From the NCBI GenBank assembly GCA_052327205.1, contig CM126207.1, positions 241,056,001 to 241,120,000 on the forward strand: DNA of 64,000 bases, given 5' to 3'. This document shows positions 48,530 to 60,497 of the stretch, piece by piece. How positions within the stretch are numbered: position 1 is the first letter of the stretch; each line of letters starts with the position of its first letter. A model generated the notes under the pieces. That model did not search any database. It was given only the letters and a program-made list of their open reading frames with translations, and was not told the DNA's origin. Source of the stretch: Somniosus microcephalus. Taxonomy: Eukaryota. A program made the translations under genes and the position numbers.

Positions 48530-49326
48530 TAAGGCCACTGACTCCATCCCTCTCCCTAACATCTGTTTGATGCTGAACCATACTGTTCGCAACCTTGGTG
48601 TCATATTTGACCCTGAAATGAGCTTCCGACCACCTATGCACAGCATAACTAAGACCGCCTATTTCCACCTCCATAACATCGCCCGTCTCCGCCCTTGCCT
48701 CAGCTCATCTGCTGCTGAAACCCTCATCCATGCCTTTGTTACCTCTTAGGCTTGACTATTCCAACGCAATCCTGGCTGGCCTCCCACATTCTACCCTACG
48801 TAAACTTGAGGTCTTCCAAAAGTTGGCTGCCCGTGTCGTAGCTCGCACCCAGTCCCGTTCACCCATCACCCCTGTGCTCGCTGACCTACATTGGCTCCCG
48901 GTTAATCGAGCAATGCCTTCAATTTCAAAATTCTCCTCCCTTGTTTCCAAATCCCTCCGTGGCCTCGCCTCTCCCAATCTCTGTAATCTCCTTCAGCCTC
49001 ACAACCACCCCCCCCCCCCCCCCCCGAGATATCTGCGCTCCTCTAATTTTGCCCTCTTGAGCATCCCTGATTACAATCACTCAACCTTTGGAGGCCGTGC
49101 CTTCTGTTGCCTGGGCCCTAAGCTCTGGAATTCCCTGCCTAAACCTCTCCGCCTCGCTACCTCTCTTTCCTCCTTTAAGACGCTCCTTAAAACCTACCTC
49201 TTTCACCTTTAATATCCCCTTATGTGGCTCGGTGTCAATTTTTCTGTCTATTAATAATCCTGCGAAGTGCCTTGGGACGTTTTACTACATTAAAGGCGCT
49301 ATATAAATAAAAGTTGTTGTTGTTGT
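48530..49326 (+). mobile_element. L2 LINE 3' portion
   Basis: VRNLGVIFD, LIHAFVTS, RLDYSNAILAGLP and HWLPV, ending in AAAGGCGCTATATAAAT..(GTT)n. Confidence 0.92.
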
Positions 49327-50188
49327 TTAGTGTCTAGAACTGAGAGATGTGTGGATCACTGCAGACAAAGATGTTCTTTCCTTCTTTATGTCGTGGGATG
49401 TATACTCGGGGGTTTACCTGAAATCACGTCGGAAAATTAAACTCAATAGCAGGAGTCGTTATTTGAAATTGGCCTGGGACAAGTTGTGATTGAAATTTCC
49501 CAGAACAAATGGTTCAGACATTTAATTGGTGAAAAACTTGTTTTCTGTTCAGTTCTTTCTGAAATTCCATGATGTGACTCTCCCACTTTTAACCTGCACG
49601 ATGCATTATGCAGTTACAAGAAGTAAACTCGATCATGGGACCGACTGAATTTACCAATTCCGAGTCCGAGCTTTGTTCGGTGTTCAACAAGAACATTCAT
49701 ATTTCTTACCAAGTGTAATTGACCTATTACTTGCATGTATGAAGGCATGTACTGTATGTTCAGTTATATTACTGAATTTTTTGTACTTACCTGTATCTAA
49801 TTGTAATTAGGTATTTTAGTTGTCCTAATCTGTAAGTTACGCTTAGTATCTGTTGATTTGAAGAGTGGATGGTCATGGAGCATGAGACTGCTAAATCTAG
49901 TAAACCGATTATTACGCAGATTATTCCGAACAGTTTACAATTGCAGGGAGAAAAGTCTGTTTACAGAAACTGGAGAGAGAAGAGACGATCTATTCTATTG
50001 CAGCACCTTGCTCTGCCTTGTATTGAAATTAGAGATGCTTGGTAGTGCTCTGGACTCTAAATATTTTTTAAATTGTAAATTGTTGGCAGTAAAATTGGAA
50101 ATTGAAACCTTTTTAAAACAAATTCTAAAATATGATTATCGCCAATATGTCTGTTTTTAATCATTTATACTGGTCCTACTTCTTACAG

Positions 50189-50301
50189 GCTGAGTGTGTT
50201 TGACGTGGCATTGTTCCATGGTGTCATCGCTCTGGATTCGTTAAAGCAGTTCTTCTACCACACACTGACGCAGATTCTCACCTACAATCCTGTGCTTGAA
50301 G
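50189..50301 (+). CDS. FANCA: FANCA exon 11 (113 nt)
   Basis: ..[20 protein letters not shown] resembles human [20 protein letters not shown]. Confidence 0.96.
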
Positions 50302-51221
50302 GTAAAAACTGCAACAAATAACAGAGACATTTTAGAAAACGCTAAACTTTTAGACTCACTCTTGGATTATAATATCCATGTGTATGTTATGAACTTGGAC
50401 TAATAAACATGTAAAAATTCGTCACGTTCTTTCTGTGATTTTAAAAAAATTGTGTTTTATTTTCCTTCTGCAAGTAAGGTTAGGCAGATTGGATTACTTT
50501 AGCTGACATTTATTTCAATTTCTTCTTTTAACTTGCTCCACTCTTCAGTCAGGAAGGTAGGTTGATCCTGTCCATGGACGTCTCCATTAACCACATTAAT
50601 AATGCTGTTTGGTTGATGGTGCCATATTAATGTTCCATTTATCAAGAAGGAAGTGGTTTTACATTGCTGTAGAAATTGTTCTATTTATATCGGGGAGCTT
50701 GTTTTAAAATTGCAAACCATGACGGTTTTGCTAAGGCAGCCACTTTGCTGGCCTTTAGGCAAGGGCAGGAGCGTTTTCGGTCATTCAGAAATGTCAGTTT
50801 AAAATTTCCATATTCGTACAACACATTTAAGAGATTTAACAAAAAAAAAATTCTTCTTTTCTCTGATTAGTGGAATGGAGAAAGTTAAAACATCAACAAC
50901 TTGCATTTATATAGCACCTTTAACGTAGCAAAGCATCCGAGATGTTGATAGAGGCTGTAAAGGTTAGTCAAAGTAAGTCATGGGCCTTGGTGGGAGCTGA
51001 ATTCAGATCAGTAAAGATACAGTGAAAAACCTGCAGCCCTTCAACTGCAGCTGTTGTTGTTAATTCAGCAGCTTCACCCTCCCTTTCTGTAACACCTAGA
51101 CAACTCTTTTATGATATTGTTACCATCTCTCACTATTCAAGCAAAAATAGTTTAAAATGCACAAAATAGAATAAGTTAAACAATATGCAAATTGATCCTA
51201 ATCTATACTGTATAACTTTTT

Positions 51222-51599
51222 ACATAGAAACATAGAAGATAGGAGCAGGAGTAGGCCATTCGGCCCTTAGAGCCTGCTCCGCCATTCAACGAGATCATGG
51301 CTGATCATCCAAACCCTAGCACCCAGTCCCTACACCGACAGCCATCCCACCCAAGCCCTATCCCCGTAACCCCACGTATTTAATCCCCCCTAACACTAAG
51401 GGCCAATTTTTATCATGGCCAATCAACCTAACCCGCACATCTTTGGACTGTGGGAGGAAACCGGAGCACCCGGAGGAAACCCACGCAAACACTGGGAGAA
51501 TGTGCAAACTCCACACAGACAGTCACCCGAGGCTGGATTTGAACCCGGGTCCCTGGCGCTGTGAGGCAACAGTGCTAACCACTATGCCACCGTGCTGCC
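51222..51599 (-). mobile_element. Full-length V-SINE/HE1-like SINE with a CR1 3' tail
   Basis: Minus strand: GGCAGCACGGTGGCATAGTGGTTAG (A box), GGTTCAAATCC (B box), V-domain, then the young-CR1 3' UTR. Confidence 0.9.
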
Positions 51600-51849
51600 A
51601 ATTAAATTGCACAAAAGAATTGTTAATAGTAATCCATTGATTTAAACAATCTCATTGGCAACAAAGATCATCTCGATCGTTCTGGTGTGTCCCATTCTCC
51701 TAATGTCATTAGCTACAACTATTTGCAAACTAATTTGTTCTCTGTTGGATTGATGGAGCTCTGCACCGATGCCTGTACAGGCAGTTGGGGTGGAGATTAA
51801 CTGGGATTCTGTTTATAAAAAAAAAAGCAATGACTCTGGTCTCTGGTAA

Positions 51850-52405
51850 CCCCATGACATTTCTGTGGTAGCTGCTGTTGATTGGTTTTGAACACTTGAG
51901 ATTAGATTGTGGGAACAATGCAACTAAAAAACCACAGCTGCAATTGGTCCATTGTAATGGCTGCTCGTCAGACCCTGGTAACCACATGACTAACAAGGGG
52001 TGACATTGCATTGTGATACTAAGCTTTCGATGATGAAGGTTCCAGGTCAATCTCTGGACTCTGCTGAGTTCTCTTATCTCAGTGAGGGGTGATGTTGGCT
52101 GCACTAGAGTTGGCCAAGGAGAGAGAAAAGTCAGCCAGGCGCTCTGATGCGCTCGGGCTCATCACGCTCTCTCTTGCTCGTGCTATTGGGTAACGTCTGT
52201 TGAAATGTGTATGTGGGTGTCGGACCAGGATAGGATCAAACTCCACAGCGGCACTACCCGATTGGTAAATAGCCCAATACCACTTGCCGTTTAGCTAATG
52301 TTTGAAGAATGGCAGTTTGGGTGAGAGATCCCTAGAGGACTGCCAGCAGCGGTATACTTTGTACTAAAGCACAAGTTGCTGCCTTCAAGGGAAAAGGGAA
52401 GAAAA
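51850..52405 (+). mobile_element. LF-SINE-like ancient SINE
   Basis: CCAGGTCAATCTCTGG..CTGCTGAGTT, GGATAGGATCAAACTC and GCCTTCAAGGG blocks similar to the copy at 46600. Confidence 0.45.
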
Positions 52406-52709
52406 TGGGTAATTAAAAGCAGTGCAAAATAAATTATGGTGACCACACATTCCTGCTTTTCTTAACCTGGGGATGGTATAGATGGTGCCATGTCACATGA
52501 TCTTGGGTCATCTGTCCGATCATCACAAAAGCTCAACTGGTTGAAGCCATTCAGTCACTATTTCTCTAGTAGCTGTGGCTATAGGAGAACTAGTGAATAA
52601 TGCCATCAACCTATTGCTTAAAGTACTAAAAGGATCGGATATAAATAGCAATTCGGTCAGAAGGGAATGTTGTACATAACTTTAACATTATATTTTCTTC
52701 CTTTCACAG

Positions 52710-52786
52710 CATCTGATGCCATTCGCATGCAGGGAGAGTGGTGCTTTGCCAAAACAGGGCCCCTTCTAACAACCTTGTACAGGAAG
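52710..52786 (+). CDS. FANCA: FANCA exon 12 (77 nt)
   Basis: [26 protein letters not shown] resembles human [26 protein letters not shown]. Confidence 0.97.
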
Positions 52787-53257
52787 GTAATTGACTGTTA
52801 TGAAATATAATTACACTTTTAAGAAACCGAATTTATCCCAAATGCATGAACTAAATAGTAATTTCATTGTGATGCGTTTCTTTGCTAATATGAAAAGGAA
52901 ACATTAAGGAAGAATATGTTTCGGAACTGTTGTGATAGAATCCCAAATCTATGCTTATTGACTTCCCCACAATTGCCACTCGCTAGCTGAATGACTTCCC
53001 AGAACAAAAGGTAGAATATGTTTTTCACTAAGTTAAAGTCACTCCACTAAAGAGCCCTGTTTTATTGACCACAGTGTAACCCTGGGACTTGGGGCTGGGA
53101 ACACACGACTGCTAAGTTAACATCTTTCATCAAAATATGCTGATTTTATAAATAAAGTTTGTTTATATAATTTGGAAGGTAATTTTCTTTTTCCATATCA
53201 GTACAATTTGATAATTTTGTATGTGTAATCAGTATTTATAGATAGATAAAGATACAC

Positions 53258-53560
53258 TGTGGCGGAGACCACATAGGAACAATAACACAATGTATAGCCA
53301 ATGTTGTTATATGTACCTAAACACAATTCACTATGTATGGCCAATGTTGCTATATGTACGTACTTGGTTGGGTTATCGGGGCAGGGTCCCTTTTAAGAGT
53401 GTCGGTAGCGTGATGACGTCATGCGTCGGTAGCGTGATGATGTCATAGCCCTGCAACGAGGCTGAGACTCGGTCCTCCTGGAGAGTGAATAAAGTAACAC
53501 GCGTTTTGCCTTTGCTGCAACAAAAGTCTCAGAGCCTGTTGATTTCTAGCGACTCCAACA
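53258..53560 (+). mobile_element. Solo LTR, 303 bp
   Basis: TGTGG...CAACA termini, 4-bp TSD ACAC, AATAAA at 53488, and two internal duplicated motifs including TGACGTCA. Confidence 0.85.
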
Positions 53561-53920
53561 ACACTATATATATCATATATTTAAAAGGTTAGGCATTAGT
53601 GCATAGGCATTACACTCCAAATCACACACTTTTATGATGCAAAACAATATTAAAGTGCGACCTAAAACTAATGAGCACATTCCATGCTGCAAAATTTACT
53701 GATTAAATAACAATCGAACTCTGAATGAGCTCAGGCTAATTTTACTTGCAGCTATGTTATAAGTTCAGGACTGCTGGTGATATCTCGGGTTCAGTGATGC
53801 CAGGTGCTCCTGTTAGGGGTGTAGGACCTACTGCCCATATGATTGCATAAGGCAGGGGTCTAAGAATAGAACACTATTGTGACCTGAACCGGATAGTCAG
53901 GTCTTTTGCATGTGACCACT

Positions 53921-56036
53921 TTTTTTTCGTTTGTGGGACGTGGGCGTCACTGGCAAGGCCAGCATTTATTGCCCATCCCTAATTGCCCTTCAGAAGGTGG
54001 TGGTGAGACGCCTTCTTGAACCGCTGCAGTCCGCGTGGTGAAGATACTCCCACAGTGCTGTTGGGGAGACAGTTCCAGGATTTTCACCCAGCGACAATGA
54101 AGGAACGGCGATATATTTCCAATTCGGGATGGGACTTGGAGGGGAACTTGGAGGTGGTGGTGTTCCCATGCACCTGCTGCCCTTGTCCTTCTCGGTGGAA
54201 GAGGTCGTGGGTTTGGGAGGTGCTGCAGTGCATCTTGTAGATGGTACACACTGCAGCCACAGTGCGCCGGTGGTGGAGGGAGTGAATGTTTAAGGTGGTG
54301 GATGGGGTGCCAATCAAGCGGGCTGCTTTGTCCTGGATGGTGTCGAGCTTCGAGTGTTGTTGGAACTGCACTCATCCAGGCAAGTGGAGAGTATTCCATC
54401 ACACTCCTTACTTGTGTCTTGTAGATGATGGAAAGGCTTTGGGGAGTTGGGAGGTGAGTCAAGCACCGCAGAATACCCTGCCACTGACTTGCTTTTGTAC
54501 CACAGTATTTGTGGCTGGTCCAGTTAAGTTTCTGGTCAATGGTGACCCCCAGGATGTTGATGTTGGGGGATTCGGCGCTGATAATGCCAAGGGGAGGTGG
54601 TTAGACGCTCGCTTGTTGGAGATAGTCATTGCCTGGCACTTGTGTGGCGCGAATGTTACCTGCCACTTAATAGTCCAAGGCTGAATGTCGCCCAGGTCTT
54701 ATTGCATGCGGGCATGGACTGCTTCATTATCTGAGGAGTTGCGAATGGAACTGAACACTGCAATCATCAGCGAACATCCCCACTTCTGACCTTATGCTGG
54801 ATGGAAGGTCATTGATGAAGCAGCTGAAGATGGTTGGGCCTAGGACGCTGCCCTGAGGAACTGCTGCAGCGATGTCCTGGGACTGAGATGATTGACCTAC
54901 AACAACCACAATCATCTTCCTTTGTGCTAGTTATGACTCCAGCCAGTGGAGAGTTTTTCCCCTGATTTCCATTGACTTTAATTTTACTAGGGCTCCTTGA
55001 TGCCACACTCGGTCACATGCTGCCTTGATGTCAAGGGCAGTCACTCTCCTCACCTCTGGAATTCAGCTCTTTTGTCCATGTTTGGACCAAGGCTGTAATG
55101 AGGTCTGGAGCAGAGTGGTCCTGACGGAACCCAAACTGAGCATCAGTGAGCAGGTTATTGGTGAGTAAGTGCCATTAGATAACACTCAACACCATCTTCT
55201 ATCACTTTGCTGATGACTGAGAGTAGACTGATGGGGTGGTATCTGGCTAGGTTGGCTTTGTTCTGCTTTTTGTGGACAGTACCTACCTGGGCAGTTTTCC
55301 ACATTGTCCGGTAGATGCCAGTGTTGTAGCTGTACTGGAACAGCTTGGTTCGAGGCGGGGCTAATTTTGGAGCACAAGTCTTCAACATGACAGCCGGGAT
55401 ATTGTCGGGGCCCATAGCCTTTGCTGTGTCCAGTGCGCTCAGCTGTTTCTTGATATCATGTGGAGTGAATCGAATTGGCTGAAAACTGGCTTCTGTGATG
55501 GTGGGGACCTCAGGAGGAGGCTGAGATGGATCATCCACTCGGCACTTCTGGCTGAAGGTGGTTGCAAATGCTTCAGCCTTGTCTTTTGCGTGCTGGGCTC
55601 TGTCATCATTGAGGATGGGAATGTTCATGGAGCCTCCTCCTGTTAGCTGTTTAGTTGTCCACCACCATTCACGACTGGATGTGGCAGGACTGCAGAGCTT
55701 TGTTCTGATCCGTTGATTGTGGGATCGCTTAGCCCTGTCTATAGCATGCTGCTTCTGTTGTTCAGCATGCATGTAGTCCTGTGTTGCAGCTTCCCCAGGT
55801 TGGCACCTCATTTTTAGGTACGCCTGGTGCTGCTCTCCTACACTCCTCATTGAACCAGTGTTGGATCCCTGGCTTGATGGTAATGGGAGAGTGAGTGATA
55901 TGCCGGGCCATGAAGTTACAGATTGTGGTGGAATACAATTCTGCTGCTGATGATGGCTCACAGTGCCTCATGGATGTCCAGTTTTGAGCTGCTAGATCTG
56001 TTCTGAATCTATCCCATTTAGCATGGTGGTAGTGCC
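53921..56036 (-). mobile_element. LINE of a second CR1-group family, decayed
   Basis: KAMGPDNIPAVMLKTCA, VPQGSVLGPTIFSCFINDL, MFADD and YKTQVRSVMEYSPLAW, with a poly(A) end. Confidence 0.92.
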
Positions 56037-56135
56037 ATTTAGGACTGAGATGAGGAGAAATTTCTTCACTCAGAGGGTGGTGAATCTTTGGAATTCTCTA
56101 CCCCAGAGGGCTGTGGAGGCTCAGCCGTTGAGTAT

Positions 56136-56792
56136 TGAGCAGGCACTCGTGTCTCCAAACCTTTTGAAGGGGGACTGAGAAAACACTTGGTAAGGCAAAG
56201 ACAGGTGCAAATCATCAAGCTGCTTTATTTCACAGTACGTGAACATATAAAGAAAGAGTTATGATCGGACTCCATTACATCAGTATATCTTGTCTTTGTG
56301 TAATAATGCAAACAGTGCACATCCTATGCTTCCCTACATCAGTTGGCTGTCTTGCTTGACTGAAACGAAACAACTTTTAACTGCCATCGTAAATTCCAAC
56401 CTTCTGACTCTCTGGTGAAAGTCTGCCCTGACTGGCAACCAGTCTCTCTGCTTTTTATCTCCTTCTGTTCACAGCCAGAAGGGAGAACTTATCCTAGACA
56501 ATGCCCATCGAGCACCTGGGACCAGGGACATCCCAACATAATGGGCACGAGAGGTTTATTGATTACTGAGGCAGGCTAACAAATTGCTTATTGTCTACAG
56601 ACTTTGGGGGAAACGATTTCAAAGCCTGGCTCATTAGCACTTCATCACGCTCCATCTTGGTGCCCCCTTTTTAAAACAAAAACTGGTGTGAATAGATTTT
56701 GTTATAAAGCACAACCCTTAAATGTAACTGTTTTTTTCTAAATCCTTTCTCTTTTTGTGGGGGGGGGGGTCAAAAAATCCTAAAACTTGACA
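56136..56792 (-). mobile_element. Probable solo LTR (ERV-like)
   Basis: TG...CA bounded block that interrupts a CR1 fragment (56037-56135). Minus-strand AATAAA at ~56225. No TSD found. Confidence 0.5.
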
Positions 56793-56811
56793 AGCTATTA
56801 GACTTTCTGAC

Positions 56812-57100
56812 CTAAGAACATATAAATAGGAGCAGGAGTAGGCCATTTGGCCCTTCGAGCCTGCTCCACCATTCAATAAGATCATGGCTGATCTTCTACC
56901 TCATCTCCACTTTCCTGAACTATCCCCATATCCCTTGATTCCCTTAATATTCAAAAGCCTATTGATCTCTGTCTTGAATATACTCAACGACTGAGCCTCC
57001 ACAGCTCTCTGGGGTAAAGAATTCCAAAGATATACCACCCACTGAGTGAAGAAATTTCTGCTCATCTCAGTCCTAAATGGCCGACCCCTGGTTCTAGACT
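56812..57100 (-). mobile_element. CR1 3' fragment
   Basis: ORF 56901-57107 (RNFFTQWVVYLWNSLP). Confidence 0.9.
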
Positions 57101-58269
57101 TAAACACAGTTCCACCTTAGCAGCAGAATAATACACTAAAATATACATGATGCGCTCATATTCAATTTATTGTAAGTGATGCCACTGAAGATCTATTTGT
57201 TTGATATTAAAACAGACTTTTAGCAGCAGATTAGAGATAAATAGATTGGCCCTGTGTGCATAACTGTGATAATGTGTCTCTGCTTGCCAATTCCAGTTGT
57301 TTTTGGGACAGGGACTCTTAACAAGAAGGAACAGCTCTTGTGGTCAAATGTGTTAAAAAGGGAAAGCATTATCAGAATATATTCTGAAATATCTCAATCC
57401 TGAATTCAAAACTTAAAAATTTATCAACAAACTAAGATAATGCTGGGCTAAAAGTCAAAATGAACCTAAACTTGGTCAGTTTAATTTAGGCTGGTCTGTA
57501 CTGCAGGCCTGATTCACTTCAGATTTCTTATAAAAGGTACTGATCTTAAAAAATAAAAAAAAAGGTAGCGAGCCAAATCTTTGACTCGCTGTGAAGGCTC
57601 TGCCTTGGTAATTTCATTGTCTTGGATTTGTGTTCAAATCACGGGCTGGATTAATTCGGGTCAAAATGACCCATAAAATCTGAACCAAGATCAGCTTAAC
57701 CTTATTTTACACATTTTGCTGTTGCTGTTTTTTTTTATGTCTGGTGTGAGTGATGAGAGAGAGCCAATCATTTTTTGCATTTTCATGCAACTCTTTTTTT
57801 GCTTGTCTTTTAACCCCTTCCTTCCGTTCCCCGTCAATGGTTAAGCAGAGTAACTGTCGCGGCTGAAAGAATAAACCTGTCTTCTCTTAATCCTTTGCCT
57901 TTCACATTACCTCTCCCGTTGAATTTTGTTTCTCTCCTCAGCTGTACAGTGGCCAATCGCTCACTCCCGCACTGCCACAAGACTCTAGCAGCTAGTTCAG
58001 TATCTCTAATCCTCCGGAGCTTCTGAAACCTGACTAGAGCTCAGCAGCCAGCACATTTAGTTGCCTGGTTACAATATACGGCCCTAATCAGTCTAGGATA
58101 ACTGAAGCTTCTCCTTTTTACTTTCTAACACCTATTCCATCTTTTTTCCCCCTGTACTGCCACCCCCCTGGTGCTATGAACACTTGTAATATTGAAAGTT
58201 TACTTGACCTTTTAAAACTATGTTTTAATCTTTTGGATCAGCAATTAATAATATGGCTTTTTATTAGAT

Positions 58270-60328
58270 TAAAGGAATAGGGTTATAATGTTGCCAAAAA
58301 GTGTAGTAAGCCTGAGGATTGGGAGGATTTTAGAATTCGGCAAAGGAAGACCAATAAATTGATAGAGAGAAAATAGAAACAGATTGTAAAAGCTTCTATA
58401 GGTATGTAAAAAGGAAGAGATTAACGAAAGTAAATGTCGATCCCTTACAGGCAGGGACCGGAGAAATTATAATGAGGAATAAGGAAATGTCAGAGACATT
58501 AAATGAATACTTTGTATCTGTCTTCATGGTAGAAGACACAAAAAACATTCCGGAAGTAGTGGGGAACCAAGGGCCTAGTGAGAATGAGGAACTTAAAAAA
58601 AAGTATAATATTAATAAAGAAATAGTACTGGAGTAATTAATGGGACTAAAAGCTGACAAATCCCCATGACCTGATGGCCTACATCCTAGGGTTTTTAAAA
58701 GAGGTGGCTGCAGAGATAGTTGCATTGGTTTTGATCTTCCAGAATTCCCTAGATTCTAGAACGGTCCCTGTGGGTTGGAAGGTAGCAAACATAACCCCGC
58801 TATTCAAGAAAGGAGGGAGAGAGAAAACGGGGAACTATAGGCCAGTTAGCCTGATATCAGTAGTGGGGAAAATGCTAGAATCTATTATAAATAAAAACAG
58901 AAAATTCTGGAAATAATTGCTGGAAGTATTTCTAGCATTTTCTGTTTTTATTTCAGATTTCCAGCATCCGCAATATTTTGCTTTTGTGCTAGAATCTATT
59001 ATTAGGGACGTGGTATCAGGGCACTTAGAAAATCATACAAATATGATTGGGCAGAGTCAACACGGATTTATGAAAGGGCAATCGTGTTTGACATATCTTA
59101 GTTTTTTGAGATTGTAACTAGCAGAATAGATAAGGGGGAACCAGTGGATGTGTATTTGAATATCGAATGCTTTTTGAAAAAATGCCACACAAGAGGTTAT
59201 TACACAAAATTAGGGCTTGTAGGATTGGGGATAATATATTAGCATGGATTGAGGATTGGTTAACGGACAGAAAATAGAGAGTAAGAATATGCGGGTCATT
59301 TTTGGGTTGGCAGGCTGGAACTAGTGGGGGTACCGCAAGGATCAGTGCTTGGGCCTCAGCTATTTACAATCTATATCAATGATTTAGATGAGGGGACCGA
59401 GTGTAATGTATCCAACTTTGCTGATGATACAAAGTTAGATGAGAAAGTAAGCTGTGAGGACACTGAGAGGCTGCAAAGGGATGTAGACAGGTTAAGTGAG
59501 TGGGCAAGAATGTGGCAGATGGAATATAACGTGGAGAAATGTGAAGTTATCCACTTTGGGAGGAAGATTAGAAAAGCAGAATTTTTTTTTAAATGTGAGA
59601 GATTGGGAAATGTTGGTGTTCAGAGGGACTGAGGCGTCCTTGTACACGAATCACTGAAAGTTAACATTCAGGTACAGCAAGCAATTAGGAAAGCAAATGG
59701 ACTGTTAGCCTTTATTACAAAGGGATTTGAGTATAAGAGTAAATAAGTCTTACTACAAATATATAGGGCCTTGGTGAGACCACCCCTGGAGTACTGTGTA
59801 CAGTTTTGGTCTCCTTATCTAAGGAACGATATACTTGCCTTCGAGGGAGTGCAACAAAGGTTCACTAGACCTGATTCCTGGGATGGGGGGATTGTCCTAT
59901 GAGGAGAGATTGAGTAGACTAGGCCTGTATTCTCTAGAGTTTAGAAGAATGAGAGGTGATCTCATTGAAACATAAGGGGCTTGACAGGGTAGATGCAGGA
60001 AGGATGTTTCCCCTGGCTGGGCAGTCTAGAACTAGGGTCACAGTCTCAAAATAAGGGGTCGGCCATTTAGGATTGAGATGAGGAGAAATTTCTTCACTCA
60101 AAGGGTTGTGAATCTTTGGAATTCTCTACCCCAGAGAGCTGTGGAGACTCAGTCGTTGAGTATATTCAAGACAGAGATCGATAGATTTTTGAATACTAAG
60201 GGAATCAAGGGATATGGTGATAGGGCGGGAATGTGGTGTCGAGGTAGAAGTTCAGCCATGATTTATTGAATGGCGGAGCAAGCTCGAAGGGCCAAATGGC
60301 CGCCTCCTGCTCCTATTTCTTATGTTCT
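58270..60328 (+). mobile_element. CR1 LINE (~2 kb), decayed
   Basis: GNYRPVSL, GVPQGSVLGP, NFADD and RNFFTQRVVNLWNSLP, with a TTCTTATGTTC tail. Confidence 0.95.
58889..58986. mobile_element. Penelope-like fold-back insertion
   Basis: 16-bp duplication TGCTAGAATCTATTAT (58873-58888, 58987-59002) and an internal inverted repeat. Confidence 0.75.
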
Positions 60329-60355
60329 TTATTTGTCTCTTTTTGCTTTGTGCAG

Positions 60356-60497
60356 CTGTTTGTACAATTCAGTGCAGAGGAGCTGATCACTCATTTTCGG
60401 CAAGTTCTGGAGACCCACGAGGTTAACTGGCAGAATGTACTATCCTGTGCTTCTACACTGTTGGTTTGCCAACCACAGACCCAACAACAGTTGAAAG
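60356..60497 (+). CDS. FANCA: FANCA exon 13 (142 nt)
   Basis: LFVQFSAEELITHFRQVLETHEVNWQNVLS resembles human [30 protein letters not shown]. Confidence 0.98.

Noticed and set aside
51530-51599. tRNA gene
   Set aside because: The A and B boxes belong to a SINE head that continues into the V-domain.
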